Below, piece after piece: positions 28,587 through 36,927 of a stretch of 64,000 bases of DNA (positions within the stretch are counted from its first letter, which is position 1; the number at the start of each line of letters is the position of its first letter). The stretch is taken from positions 11,865 to 75,864 of the forward strand of contig JAGNWK010000003.1 of assembly GCA_017985985.1 (NCBI GenBank). The letters run 5' to 3'. The stretch is from Oligoflexales bacterium (GTDB lineage: Bacteria > Bdellovibrionota_B > Oligoflexia > Oligoflexales > Bog-1112). Position numbers and translations under genes: made by a program. Below the pieces are notes generated by a model that ran no database searches, was not told the origin of the DNA, and saw nothing but the letters and a program-made list of their open reading frames with translations.

Positions 28587-29054
28587 TCAGTCGATCTGGC
28601 GAGCTAGGAAATTTTGGATCCCGATATCTTTGAGGATTTGGAGCTGAGACTTAAGCCAATCTGCGTGCTCTTCTTCATCCTTCAGGATTCTTTCCATCAA
28701 CTCGCGGGACACATGATCTGAAGCTTTGTAGCAGCTGTCGATACCAGTACGCAGCACTGTCAGAGCGTGGAGCTCAAGCTGCAAATCTGATTCAAGTTGT
28801 TCCTTGATGTTTTCACCAACATTGAGTTTACCGAGTTTCTGCATGTTTGGGATACCATCCAGGAATAAAATCCTGTCCGTAACCTCGCTCGCATGTTTCA
28901 TCTCGTCTATAGACTGCGCATAAACTGTGGCGGCCATTTTATTGTATCCCCAGTTTTTACACATACGGGAATGTAAGAAATATTGATTGATGGCTGTCAA
29001 TTCGCCCATCAGGATTTCATTCAAGGCTTCAATAACTTTTGGGTCACTCTGCAT
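28587..29054 (-). CDS. bfr: Bacterioferritin
   Basis: MQSDPKVIEALNEILMGELTAINQYFLHSRMCKNWGY...DEMKHA...EEEHADW. The start at Met23 of the track ORF matches the canonical Bfr N-terminus. Confidence 0.9.
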   Translation of the reverse strand: MQSDPKVIEALNEILMGELTAINQYFLHSRMCKNWGYNKMAATVYAQSIDEMKHASEVTDRILFLDGIPNMQKLGKLNVGENIKEQLESDLQLELHALTVLRTGIDSCYKASDHVSRELMERILKDEEEHADWLKSQLQILKDIGIQNFLARQID

Positions 29055-29140
29055 AAAAAACTCCTCCGTGCTTGGCACTTCCGGTATATAACCTAAGATC
29101 AAGAAAATTACGTTCTGCACTGTAGGTTTTTTGAAGAAAA

Positions 29141-29767
29141 ATGAAAGAATTTATTAAACACTGGGGTATTGGACTGACAGGCGGTATTGCAACAGGCAAG
29201 TCGAGTGTTGCACGATTTTTGTCTTCGCTGGGCTTTATCGTTTTTGATGCAGACAACTTGGCAAGAGAAGTCGTCGAACCATCGAAACCTGCCTTGAAAG
29301 AACTTGTCCAAACGTTTGGATCGGGCATTTTATCGCAGGATAAAAGTCTCGATCGGAAAAAACTCCGCTCTATCGTCTTCAAAAACGAAGAGAAGCGACG
29401 GACTCTCGAGCAGATCCTTCATCCAGCGATCCAAGCTCTACTCGAAGAGAAGTTACGGCGGTCTGAATTGATTTCAAGTCCGAGGTACTGGTTCTACGAA
29501 GCCTCCCTCCTTTGTGAGACGGGAAGAGATCGTGATTTTAAAGAGCTCTGGCTCACAGACTGCAGTTATGAAAATCAGTTGGCAAGAACCCTGCGAAGAG
29601 ATAAGGTCTCTTCTCAAGCAGCGAAGCGTGTCCTTGCAGCACAAATGCCCCCTGAAGAAAAAAAACGACGAGCTCATTTTATTATCAACACCGATCAAAG
29701 TCCCCTTGCCGTTGAAAATCTCATCCGTAAAAAAATTGAAGACTCGGGACTAAACCTCCGGAAATAA
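29141..29767 (+). CDS. coaE: Dephospho-CoA kinase
   Basis: IGLTGGIATGKSSV P-loop, DADNLAREVV, ILHPAI. Confidence 0.88.
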   Translation: MKEFIKHWGIGLTGGIATGKSSVARFLSSLGFIVFDADNLAREVVEPSKPALKELVQTFGSGILSQDKSLDRKKLRSIVFKNEEKRRTLEQILHPAIQALLEEKLRRSELISSPRYWFYEASLLCETGRDRDFKELWLTDCSYENQLARTLRRDKVSSQAAKRVLAAQMPPEEKKRRAHFIINTDQSPLAVENLIRKKIEDSGLNLRK

Positions 29768-29770
29768 ATA

Positions 29771-32185
29771 TTGAAAGCAAAAAAAAGAAAACAGAGAGAA
29801 GATCAGGCTCCCCCGGCTAGACATAATCATCATGCTCCCGTCAAAAGCCGAGTGAAGACCGAGCCGCGGGTCGACCGTCGCCCTCCCCACGAGAGCCCCT
29901 CCCCAAATCGCCCGCACCAGGCCAGACATGAGCATCGTGGCCACCCAGCTAGAGGCCGATTCAGGGGCGAGCAGCAAGTCGATGACTCACAAGGGCATCC
30001 ACGGCAGCTCAACGCCACTCTCGTCAAAGCCCTAGAAAAAACTCGCCAAAGCCTTCAGCTCTGGTTTGCAGAATCAAAGAAACTTCACGAGAGCAGCCCC
30101 CATCGAGCGGATCGCTTTGAACTCGATCCCTGGCAGGAAGAGGCCTTGGAAGCCCTGGAAGAACGATCCAATGTCGTGGTAGATGCCCCAACGTCCGCAG
30201 GAAAAACTAGAATCATCGAGACTTTTTTTGCGAGAAATATCCACGACCCACGGTTTCGAGCCTGTTATACCTGCCCCGTCAAAAGTCTCTCTAACGACAA
30301 GGTCAAAGAATTCCGCGAACTATTTGGTGCGGATAAAGTGGGAATCGCAACAGGCGACATCAAAGAAAACCTGGATGCACCTCTGGTCGTAGCCACTCTA
30401 GAAACCTATCGCAATTCACTCTTGGGAACAGAGCCCGACCTCGGGCGTAGTCTCGTCGTGTTTGACGAGTACCACTATCTGCAGGACGAGAGTCGGGGCA
30501 GTGCCTGGGAGGAGTCCATGATTCTCACCCCTGCCAGCTGTCAAATTCTTCTCCTCTCTGCTTCGATCACCAATCCAGAGGACTTCGCTCAGTGGCTAGA
30601 AACTCTCAGCGGACGAGCCTCTCGTCTGATACAGGTCAGCGAACGACCCGTTCCACTCGTCGATCTTGCCTGGTATGAGTCTGCATGGTTTGTGCCAGAG
30701 CACCTGCCCAGATCCATCGTACACCGCAGGGCTCCTGCACCTTTTTCGGTGCTCAATCCCAAGACGCTCTGCACCCGGATCGTGCAACTCGATGCTTTAA
30801 ATCTGACTCCCTGCATCGTCTATGCGGGCAAAAGAGCCTCCTGTGAACAGCTGGCAAGAGAGTTAACCAGACAGCTGCAGAGGCTACCCGCAAAAGCCTC
30901 TCTCGACATCCAGAACAGTCTGAAGGAAACCGATGCTACTTATCCCTGTCTTAACTTTATGGACGCTCCCCTTCGCTCCATGATCGAACATTACGGGGTG
31001 GCCTACCATCACTCAGGACACCCTCCGTCTATCCGCATTGCCATTGAGAACCTGCTGAAGAACGGTCTGATTCGTTTTTGCACAGCCACGATGGGGCTCA
31101 GTCTGGGGATCAATTTCTCCGTCCGCTCCGCTCTCATCAGCGATGTCGCTCGCCCCAGCGAAAAAGGTATGGTTCCCTACACCGCTTCTGAACTCCTGCA
31201 GATGCGGGGGCGAGCCGGCCGCAGGGGCAGAGACGCCGTCGGTTTCAGCCTCTGGCCTGACCTCGGGGCTTACACCAAGAGTCAACGCGCCAAGAGAAAG
31301 AGCTGCGACTCTCAATTGAAATCTGATCCGGCGACTTTTCTTGGTCTCATTGGCCGAGGCTTCTCACTTGGCCAAATCGAACAGTTCTATAAAAAGAGTT
31401 TTTTGAAGTTTCAAAATCCAGACACACCCCTGTCTGTCATTTCAAAAAACAGGGTGGAGAAAACGATGGGGGCAGCTATCCCTTGCCAGTCTCCTTCCCA
31501 CGAATACAGCGCCTTCCAAAGCCGCAAGATACAGTCCCTGTGCCAGGACTGCGAATTTAGAATAAACTGTCATAGTTACCAACGCTCGCTATCTGCAAGC
31601 CCCCTAACAGGGATCCTGCACCACCTCCACAACATAGGGGCTCTCGACGAGAGGGATCAGCTTACCCCTTATGGTGACATTGCAAGACTGCTCCCACAGG
31701 GGGGAGGTCTACTCGTAGCCAAGATGCTGGACGAGGGATTGATCAACGATAAAAACCTACTCGCCACTGCTCAACTGATTGCAGCTCTGTCCCTCGCTGG
31801 ACACAAGTCACCGAATGTTCCCGAATCCTACAAGCTGCCCTTCGATTCTGAGCTGATTGAGACGAGATTGGAATACTTTTACCCGCTCGAACTCTTCCCT
31901 GACGTCTACGACGCACCACGAGGTCGACGAGCGTTTCACGTGTTCCGGGACCTCAACCCATCGGCGGGGTTTATCATCAAGGAGTGGGCTCACGGCGGTT
32001 CTTGGGACGATCTGACCGCCATCGTTGCCAACGAGCAGTTTGGGGATGGGGACATCATTCATCTCATCTACCGGGTCGCCTCTTTCCTACAGTCTTTCTC
32101 CCGTGTTCCAGACCCCGTCCTGTCAGAAACCGCTCTCGAGTTAAGAGATTTCTTCTTGCGTGAACCAGTTCGTTTCCTTATATAG
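29771..32185 (+). CDS. Ski2/HelY-like DExH-box helicase with Arg/His/Pro-rich N-terminal tail
   Basis: VVDAPTSAGKT (I), VFDEYHYL (II, DEYH), LLLSAS (III), GVAYHHSG, QMRGRAGRRG (VI), and a C-terminal DSHCT-like segment WAHGGSWDDLT...GDIIHLIYRVASFLQSF. The only in-frame starts upstream of the core are TTG 29771 and GTG 29852. Confidence 0.8.
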   Translation: MKAKKRKQREDQAPPARHNHHAPVKSRVKTEPRVDRRPPHESPSPNRPHQARHEHRGHPARGRFRGEQQVDDSQGHPRQLNATLVKALEKTRQSLQLWFAESKKLHESSPHRADRFELDPWQEEALEALEERSNVVVDAPTSAGKTRIIETFFARNIHDPRFRACYTCPVKSLSNDKVKEFRELFGADKVGIATGDIKENLDAPLVVATLETYRNSLLGTEPDLGRSLVVFDEYHYLQDESRGSAWEESMILTPASCQILLLSASITNPEDFAQWLETLSGRASRLIQVSERPVPLVDLAWYESAWFVPEHLPRSIVHRRAPAPFSVLNPKTLCTRIVQLDALNLTPCIVYAGKRASCEQLARELTRQLQRLPAKASLDIQNSLKETDATYPCLNFMDAPLRSMIEHYGVAYHHSGHPPSIRIAIENLLKNGLIRFCTATMGLSLGINFSVRSALISDVARPSEKGMVPYTASELLQMRGRAGRRGRDAVGFSLWPDLGAYTKSQRAKRKSCDSQLKSDPATFLGLIGRGFSLGQIEQFYKKSFLKFQNPDTPLSVISKNRVEKTMGAAIPCQSPSHEYSAFQSRKIQSLCQDCEFRINCHSYQRSLSASPLTGILHHLHNIGALDERDQLTPYGDIARLLPQGGGLLVAKMLDEGLINDKNLLATAQLIAALSLAGHKSPNVPESYKLPFDSELIETRLEYFYPLELFPDVYDAPRGRRAFHVFRDLNPSAGFIIKEWAHGGSWDDLTAIVANEQFGDGDIIHLIYRVASFLQSFSRVPDPVLSETALELRDFFLREPVRFLI

Positions 32186-32455
32186 AAACTTCCCAAGAGC
32201 TTTCCTCGGATCTCTTTTTCATCATATTTTTAAAAAATCACATTTCAAATTTTGCAGAGAGTAAAATTATTTTTTACTTATTGACAACTTTTGAGATCTT
32301 GAAGTAAGTATAGTTGCTTAAGAAATAGCTTTGAGCTCAACCACTGCATGTTTGAATCCTTCCGTGTTCGTAAACTGCAAGTCTGTCTTTTCCTTTTTTG
32401 ATCATCACATTTTTACTTCTCACTTTAGGTGGTTCGAGCTTGGGGCTTCTCCCCT

Positions 32456-32505
32456 GTTTAATGGGGTCAGCCCCCTTTAAACAAAGGGGGCTGACCCCAT
32501 TAAAC
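32456..32505. repeat. Perfect 23-bp-stem hairpin (AATGGGGTCAGCCCC family), copy 1
   Basis: GTTTAATGGGGTCAGCCCCCTTT-AAAC-AAAGGGGGCTGACCCCATTAAAC. Confidence 0.95.
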
Positions 32506-33014
32506 ACATGAGGCCAAGTGCTATGAGTTGTCCAGCTCGCAAAGCGCAGATGCGCAAGAATCGATCAAACTCCCGCTCGTGTCTAATAGAAATGATCTGC
32601 CTCACATCTCTCTCGATATTAAGAAGCGATATAGGAAGCGAAAAAACGTTCAGGTTGACGCCGATCCCGATGAAGCTCAGGAAAACCACCACGCCAGATT
32701 AAATCAAGCAAGGCTGGGCCTTCTATGCTCCGTCCTTGGAAAGATTCCACTTCAGAGGCTGAAAGAGTGGGAATTTCGATGATACCGATTCGACCAGCAA
32801 GACTATCACTGGCCTCTTGCATCAGATCAAACCTCTGCGATCCTGTTAAAGAATAACGCCCATTCTTTTGCCGATTGCGGTCAATCCTGTGTTTGAGAAT
32901 ACGAAAAAGCTTAGGAGCATACTGGACCTCATCGATAATCAGAGATTCCCCGAGCCTCTCTAGGAATTGCTCTCCAGAGCTTTCCGCCTCCTCAGCATTT
33001 CGAGGTAAGCCCAA
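32506..33014 (-). pseudogene. Remnant of AAA ATPase (COG1373 / DUF4143 family), truncated at both ends and frameshifted
   Basis: ORF 32619..33014 has IIDEVQYAPKLF...YSLTGSQRFDL...SLAGRIGIIEIPTLS..GGFPE. The family motif NIERDVRQIISI..FDRFLRICALRAGQL continues in another frame (ORF 32477..32692). The Walker A N-terminus and the DUF4143 C-terminus are absent. Confidence 0.75.
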
Positions 33015-33021
33015 GGAGACT

Positions 33022-33072
33022 GGCTAATGGGGTCAGCCCCTTTTTTTAAAAAAGGGGCTGACCCCATTAGCC
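33022..33072. repeat. Perfect hairpin (AATGGGGTCAGCCCC family), copy 2
   Basis: GGCTAATGGGGTCAGCCCCTTTTTT-T-AAAAAAGGGGCTGACCCCATTAGCC. Confidence 0.95.
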
Positions 33073-33197
33073 ATTAGCATTCAAACGAAATAATTTTTGT
33101 AAAAAATTGAACAACAACATAAAACAAGTTGGGTCTGAAATAAAAAGATGATCACGTACAGGTACAGAATTTGTCTCTACCGTTGTAACTAGAAGTT

Positions 33198-34013
33198 ATG
33201 TCTCACTGCTCGGAGAACTCAATGCTGTCGAACACTCTTTGTCATATTCCGCGCATAAGCCTCAACAAAGAACGAGTCCTGTGGGAGAAAGGTATCCAGA
33301 CCTGGGCCAGTTATCGAACGTTCGCAAAAAATCCTGCCTTTCTTGACGACTGCGAGCACCACCTTAAAAATCAAAATCCTGTTTTCTTTGCTGAGAATCT
33401 GAAATCAGATCAACATTGGCGATTATTCCCTGATTTCCAAGATTCTGCGGTCTATCTAGATATTGAAACAACAGGACTGGACAAGGGCTATGACCACATC
33501 ACGACCATTGCGCTATTTGATGGCAAAGAGATCAAGACCTATGTTCATGGCAAAAACCTTACGGACTTCACAAGCGATATTCAAAAGTACAAGCTGCTCA
33601 TCACATTCAACGGCAAGACTTTTGACGTACCTTTCATCGAACGGTTTTTTGGAATTGAGTTACCACAGGCCCATATCGATCTTCGCTATATTATGAAGAA
33701 GCTGGGTTATTCAGGAGGTCTGAAAGAGGTTGAGCGACGGATTGGTCTTGACCGTGGGAATTTGCGGTCAGTCGATGGTTTCTTCGCTGTAACCTTATGG
33801 CAAGAGTACAAGCGACGGAAGAACGATGCCGCTTTGGAGACTTTACTGGCCTACAATTGCATGGACGCCATCAACCTCGAACGACTCATGATTCACGCCT
33901 ATAATGAGAACATCAAAGGCACCCCATTCTGGAATGAACGACAGCTCCAGATCCCAAAGTCGACAAAGATCCCATTTCAGGTGGATGAGAGGCTTATCCG
34001 TCGCTATTTGTGA
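33198..34013 (+). CDS. RNase H-fold 3'-5' exonuclease, YprB/COG3359-like
   Basis: VYLDIETTGL (Exo I DxE), LITFNGKTFDVPFIE (Exo II), LLAYNCMDAINLERL (Exo III-like). 271 aa. Confidence 0.7.
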   Translation: MSHCSENSMLSNTLCHIPRISLNKERVLWEKGIQTWASYRTFAKNPAFLDDCEHHLKNQNPVFFAENLKSDQHWRLFPDFQDSAVYLDIETTGLDKGYDHITTIALFDGKEIKTYVHGKNLTDFTSDIQKYKLLITFNGKTFDVPFIERFFGIELPQAHIDLRYIMKKLGYSGGLKEVERRIGLDRGNLRSVDGFFAVTLWQEYKRRKNDAALETLLAYNCMDAINLERLMIHAYNENIKGTPFWNERQLQIPKSTKIPFQVDERLIRRYL

Positions 34014-34189
34014 GACTTTGCAGTGAGTGGGTTATTCGTGAATTAGTGCCGCACACTTTGAACGAGGGCTTTTGCGCTGTAGATTCAGCCAGAGCCGGGA
34101 TAAGACCTCTCTAGGGAACCCCTTACTTGTATGTTCTGTTCCAACTCGACACCCTCAACATCGCTCCAACCTGTCAAAATATTCCGATT

Positions 34190-34268
34190 TCGTCATTACA
34201 AGGAGGAATAGGTGATGAAGCCATCTTGCCTTTACACGGAGATTGCTTCGCTGCGCTCGCAATAATGG
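34190..34268. repeat. Degenerate CGTCATTGCGAG-family element
   Basis: TCGTCATTACAAGGAGG...CTTGCCTTTACACGGAGATTGCTTCGCTGCGCTCGCAATAATGG. The right half is the reverse complement of the unit at 59011-59054. Confidence 0.7.
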
Positions 34269-34383
34269 AATGGCCCCTTGCGCCGGCCTCTTCACCACTC
34301 AGAACATCTGTCACCTCTTTAAATACACCTCTTTAGGTGCATCTCTCATTAAAATTCAGACTTCACAATGCACTCTTTAGAAC

Positions 34384-35145
34384 TTAGACTTCCCCTTGCT
34401 TTGGGTCGAAAGAAGCCATAAGGGCCTCCACACTTAAAACTCCAGGTGGCACAACGATTTCCTCAAAATGCCCCTCACACGCTCTCCGTGTACTTTCTCC
34501 GAAAGCAATGCATTGCAGGCTCTTTGCAAGACAATTTTTACTGGGTTCGAAGGCCTCAATAAAACCCTTAACAGCAGACGGACTGCAAAAAAACACCTGA
34601 CCATTTGCTGTTCTTACAAATTCCTCTCTGCGCAAAGAATCTGATGCAACACACTGGCCATCCTCCCATCGTGCCTCTGTCCGTGTCTTATAAACATTTA
34701 ACCTCAGACATTCATAACCAAAGCTCTGGAGATCTGAATACAGATCGTAGGCTCTTTCTTCAGCACCGGGCAGGACAAAAACGTTCTCTCTTACTGGATA
34801 AACAGAACGGATATACTGAGCAAGATCCTTTGCACTGCCGACAGAGGGTGGATGCAGACCGTCACATCCATGAGAGCGTAGAGCACCGAGAGTTTTAGGA
34901 CCGACACAGAGACTCTTACCTTGCTCCATCAAATCTCGGAGTTCAGGCTGTCTAGCAGACACTTCAACGGCTTTCGCACTGGTAAAAACCAGGATAGACT
35001 CACTCCGTAAACTTAAATGCCAACCAGACGGCTCTGCAAAAACTTCTCTATGTACACAAGGGATCCTAACAAGCTGATCTCGATAGGGATGCAGAATGTT
35101 CTGATCCGTACTCCAATTCTCTTGCGATCTTGTCCAAATGATCAA
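34384..35145 (-). CDS. hemD: Uroporphyrinogen-III synthase
   Basis: Duplicated half-domain pattern: IIWTRS, ILVFTSAKAVE, VGPKTLGALRSHG, VFVLPGAEERAYDL, VFFCSPSAVKGF, IAFGESTRRA. Confidence 0.7.
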   Translation of the reverse strand: MIIWTRSQENWSTDQNILHPYRDQLVRIPCVHREVFAEPSGWHLSLRSESILVFTSAKAVEVSARQPELRDLMEQGKSLCVGPKTLGALRSHGCDGLHPPSVGSAKDLAQYIRSVYPVRENVFVLPGAEERAYDLYSDLQSFGYECLRLNVYKTRTEARWEDGQCVASDSLRREEFVRTANGQVFFCSPSAVKGFIEAFEPSKNCLAKSLQCIAFGESTRRACEGHFEEIVVPPGVLSVEALMASFDPKQGEV

Positions 35146-35972
35146 GAAATCAGCTCCGCTACTTGCTTAAGCTGCTCGGGATCGTTAACCCCGGAGAAGG
35201 AGCGCCAGTCCTGACTTACAAAGGCAACTACCTTCACTTCACCTTTCAAACGGGCATCTTCTACAGCCAAAGAGACACAGTCCGTTAGATAATATTCTCT
35301 TTGCTGATTTTGGTTTGTCACCCGAGACAAAATATCAAAGAGATAAGCTGTCTTCGCAAAGATCACCCCTGAGTTGCAGATTCGAACCGCTCGTGTCTGC
35401 TCGTCAGCATCCTTCTCCTCCACAATACGGAGTAGATTTCGTCCATCAGGAGAAAATACCAACCTTCCGTAACCTTGTGGTTTGGGGATGTCCATAGCTA
35501 GAACCCCCAGAGAAGCTTTCTCCTGCAGACAAAAGTCCATGAACTCACGAAGCACCGCCCCTTTCAGGGCAGGGGTATCTCCGTTACAAATAAGAACGTG
35601 AGAAGCCTGACTTTGACGACCACGAAGAAGATGACTGAACTGAGCATAGGGGGGAGCCTTCTCGCCGAAGAAAGCATAAGAGGAGGCCACGGCCCCCGCC
35701 GTCCCATTTGTGCTGGTCTGGATACAAATCGACAGATCCGGCTGCTTAGCTAAGACATCCTCGAACTCAGAGTGCTCCGCAGGCAACACAGCGCAGAGTT
35801 CTGCCACACCTGCCTCGTCCAAGGCTGTGAGCACCCATTCCAGCAGAGTTTTACCTTTTAACGGATGTAAGACCTTTGGAATACTACTCTTCATCCTCGA
35901 GCCTCGTCCTGCTGCTAGGATCACCGCAGCAAGGGAATTGGGAGAATCCTTCATCTTTGCTCTCTGCTCCAT
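35142..35972 (-). CDS. Sugar-phosphate nucleotidyltransferase (GlmU N-terminal-domain-like, no LbH acetyltransferase domain)
   Basis: AAVILAAGRGSRMKSSIPKVLHPLKGKTLLEWV is the GlmU-type pyrophosphorylase signature. At 276 aa it lacks hexapeptide repeats. Its stop overlaps the hemD start (ATGA). Confidence 0.7.
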   Translation of the reverse strand: MEQRAKMKDSPNSLAAVILAAGRGSRMKSSIPKVLHPLKGKTLLEWVLTALDEAGVAELCAVLPAEHSEFEDVLAKQPDLSICIQTSTNGTAGAVASSYAFFGEKAPPYAQFSHLLRGRQSQASHVLICNGDTPALKGAVLREFMDFCLQEKASLGVLAMDIPKPQGYGRLVFSPDGRNLLRIVEEKDADEQTRAVRICNSGVIFAKTAYLFDILSRVTNQNQQREYYLTDCVSLAVEDARLKGEVKVVAFVSQDWRSFSGVNDPEQLKQVAELIS

Positions 35973-36103
35973 AAACTTATCCTCGCACAGCCGTAAAAAA
36001 TTTGTAGAATCAAATAGCTTATTCTGAGTCTAAACCATTCAGGAGAAGACGAGACATCTACTCATAGAAACCCGTAGAACGAGTCTAGAAGGATTAAAAC
36101 AAC

Positions 36104-36859
36104 ATGTTCTCTTTTGTAAATCGATGGCTCGCAAAATACAAACAGTTCCAAAAAAAACGCTTTGAACGCAGCGTCGCAAAACACCTCAAACTAGTCCAAA
36201 ACCCAAAAGCCGTGCGCGAGGAGAGGGTCGGAGCTATCGAGTACTTTAGCTCTCTCACGGAATGCAAGATCGCTGTTCCCTCCTTGCTCAAGCGCTTTGA
36301 CTACAGTCTTGACCATGGGATCAACGATACCAGGGAAAAAGAAGCCTGCATGAAGGGGGTGATCCAGTTCAAAGAGCAGGCTCTGCCCTATATTAAGACC
36401 CACCTGCTGATGACCAGTCGCATCGCCTGGCCGATCAAGACCTTTTCGGCCATTGGGACAGAGGAACAGCTCGTCGCGGCTCTCCAGGAATGCCTAGACT
36501 TCTCCGATGTCAGTTTTAATCAGATGAAAGTCGATAAAAACTACGATGTTCTCTGTTACCTCCGGGACCATAAGCTCCCAGACGGGGGACTTTCTCTGCT
36601 TCCTTTCGTTGCCAATCATGATGAACGCGTCCGTTTTGCGGTTGTGGAAGCCATTCTAGCCCAGAAAAACCAGGCGGCTGCAGCAGAAATGGAAGACCTG
36701 CTCCTCAATGAATCTGAGGAGAATACGAGGATCAGACAGTCGATGATTGAAGCTTACGTCGAAAACAAATGGGCTGTTCACCTCAAGGAAAAAATCCAGC
36801 CCGGAACTCTCTGTCCAGGGGTTCGCGTCACCGCTTCGTACAGACTGGAAGCTTTTTAG
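36104..36859 (+). CDS. Hypothetical protein, helical (HEAT-like repeats possible)
   Basis: 251-aa ORF with coding-like composition. HDERVRFAVVEAILAQ resembles a HEAT/PBS-lyase repeat. No confident family assignment. Confidence 0.55.
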   Translation: MFSFVNRWLAKYKQFQKKRFERSVAKHLKLVQNPKAVREERVGAIEYFSSLTECKIAVPSLLKRFDYSLDHGINDTREKEACMKGVIQFKEQALPYIKTHLLMTSRIAWPIKTFSAIGTEEQLVAALQECLDFSDVSFNQMKVDKNYDVLCYLRDHKLPDGGLSLLPFVANHDERVRFAVVEAILAQKNQAAAAEMEDLLLNESEENTRIRQSMIEAYVENKWAVHLKEKIQPGTLCPGVRVTASYRLEAF

Positions 36860-36877
36860 GAAAATCCTTCTTCCTTC

Positions 36878-36916
36878 GGGGGGAGATTCCTAAAGAGGGG
36901 GGAACGCCCTCTTTAG
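36878..36916. repeat. Palindromic element (GGGAACG-loop family), intergenic copy
   Basis: GGGGGGAGATTCCTAAAGAGGGGGGAACGCCCTCTTTAG, 19 nt after the stop at 36859 and 12 nt before the GT9 start. Confidence 0.92.
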
Positions 36917-36927
36917 AAAGATAATGA

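Noticed and set aside
29066-29090. Sigma-54 promoter (TTGGCAC at ~29071)
   Set aside because: The -12 element is absent: GTAT is present instead of TTGC at the required 5-nt spacing.
32270-32320. Sigma-70 promoter TTGACA ... TATAGT driving an unannotated RNA in the helicase-pseudogene gap
   Set aside because: The spacer between the hexamers is ~22 nt by my count, outside the functional 16-18 nt. No convincing structured RNA or ORF lies downstream. I cannot exclude a small RNA without expression data.
32456-33072. Integron-like gene cassette (hairpins resembling attC sites, left arm GTTTAAT...ATTAAAC)
   Set aside because: The hairpins are perfect palindromes without the extrahelical bases or R/L box asymmetry of attC. 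The second copy lacks a GTT core. No intI or attI is nearby, and the cargo is a gene fragment truncated at both ends rather than a complete promoterless ORF.
34127-34336. 69-aa ORF in the exonuclease-hemD spacer
   Set aside because: It overlaps a degenerate CGTCATTGCGAG-family repeat, has no RBS, and has odd composition. It is probably non-coding.
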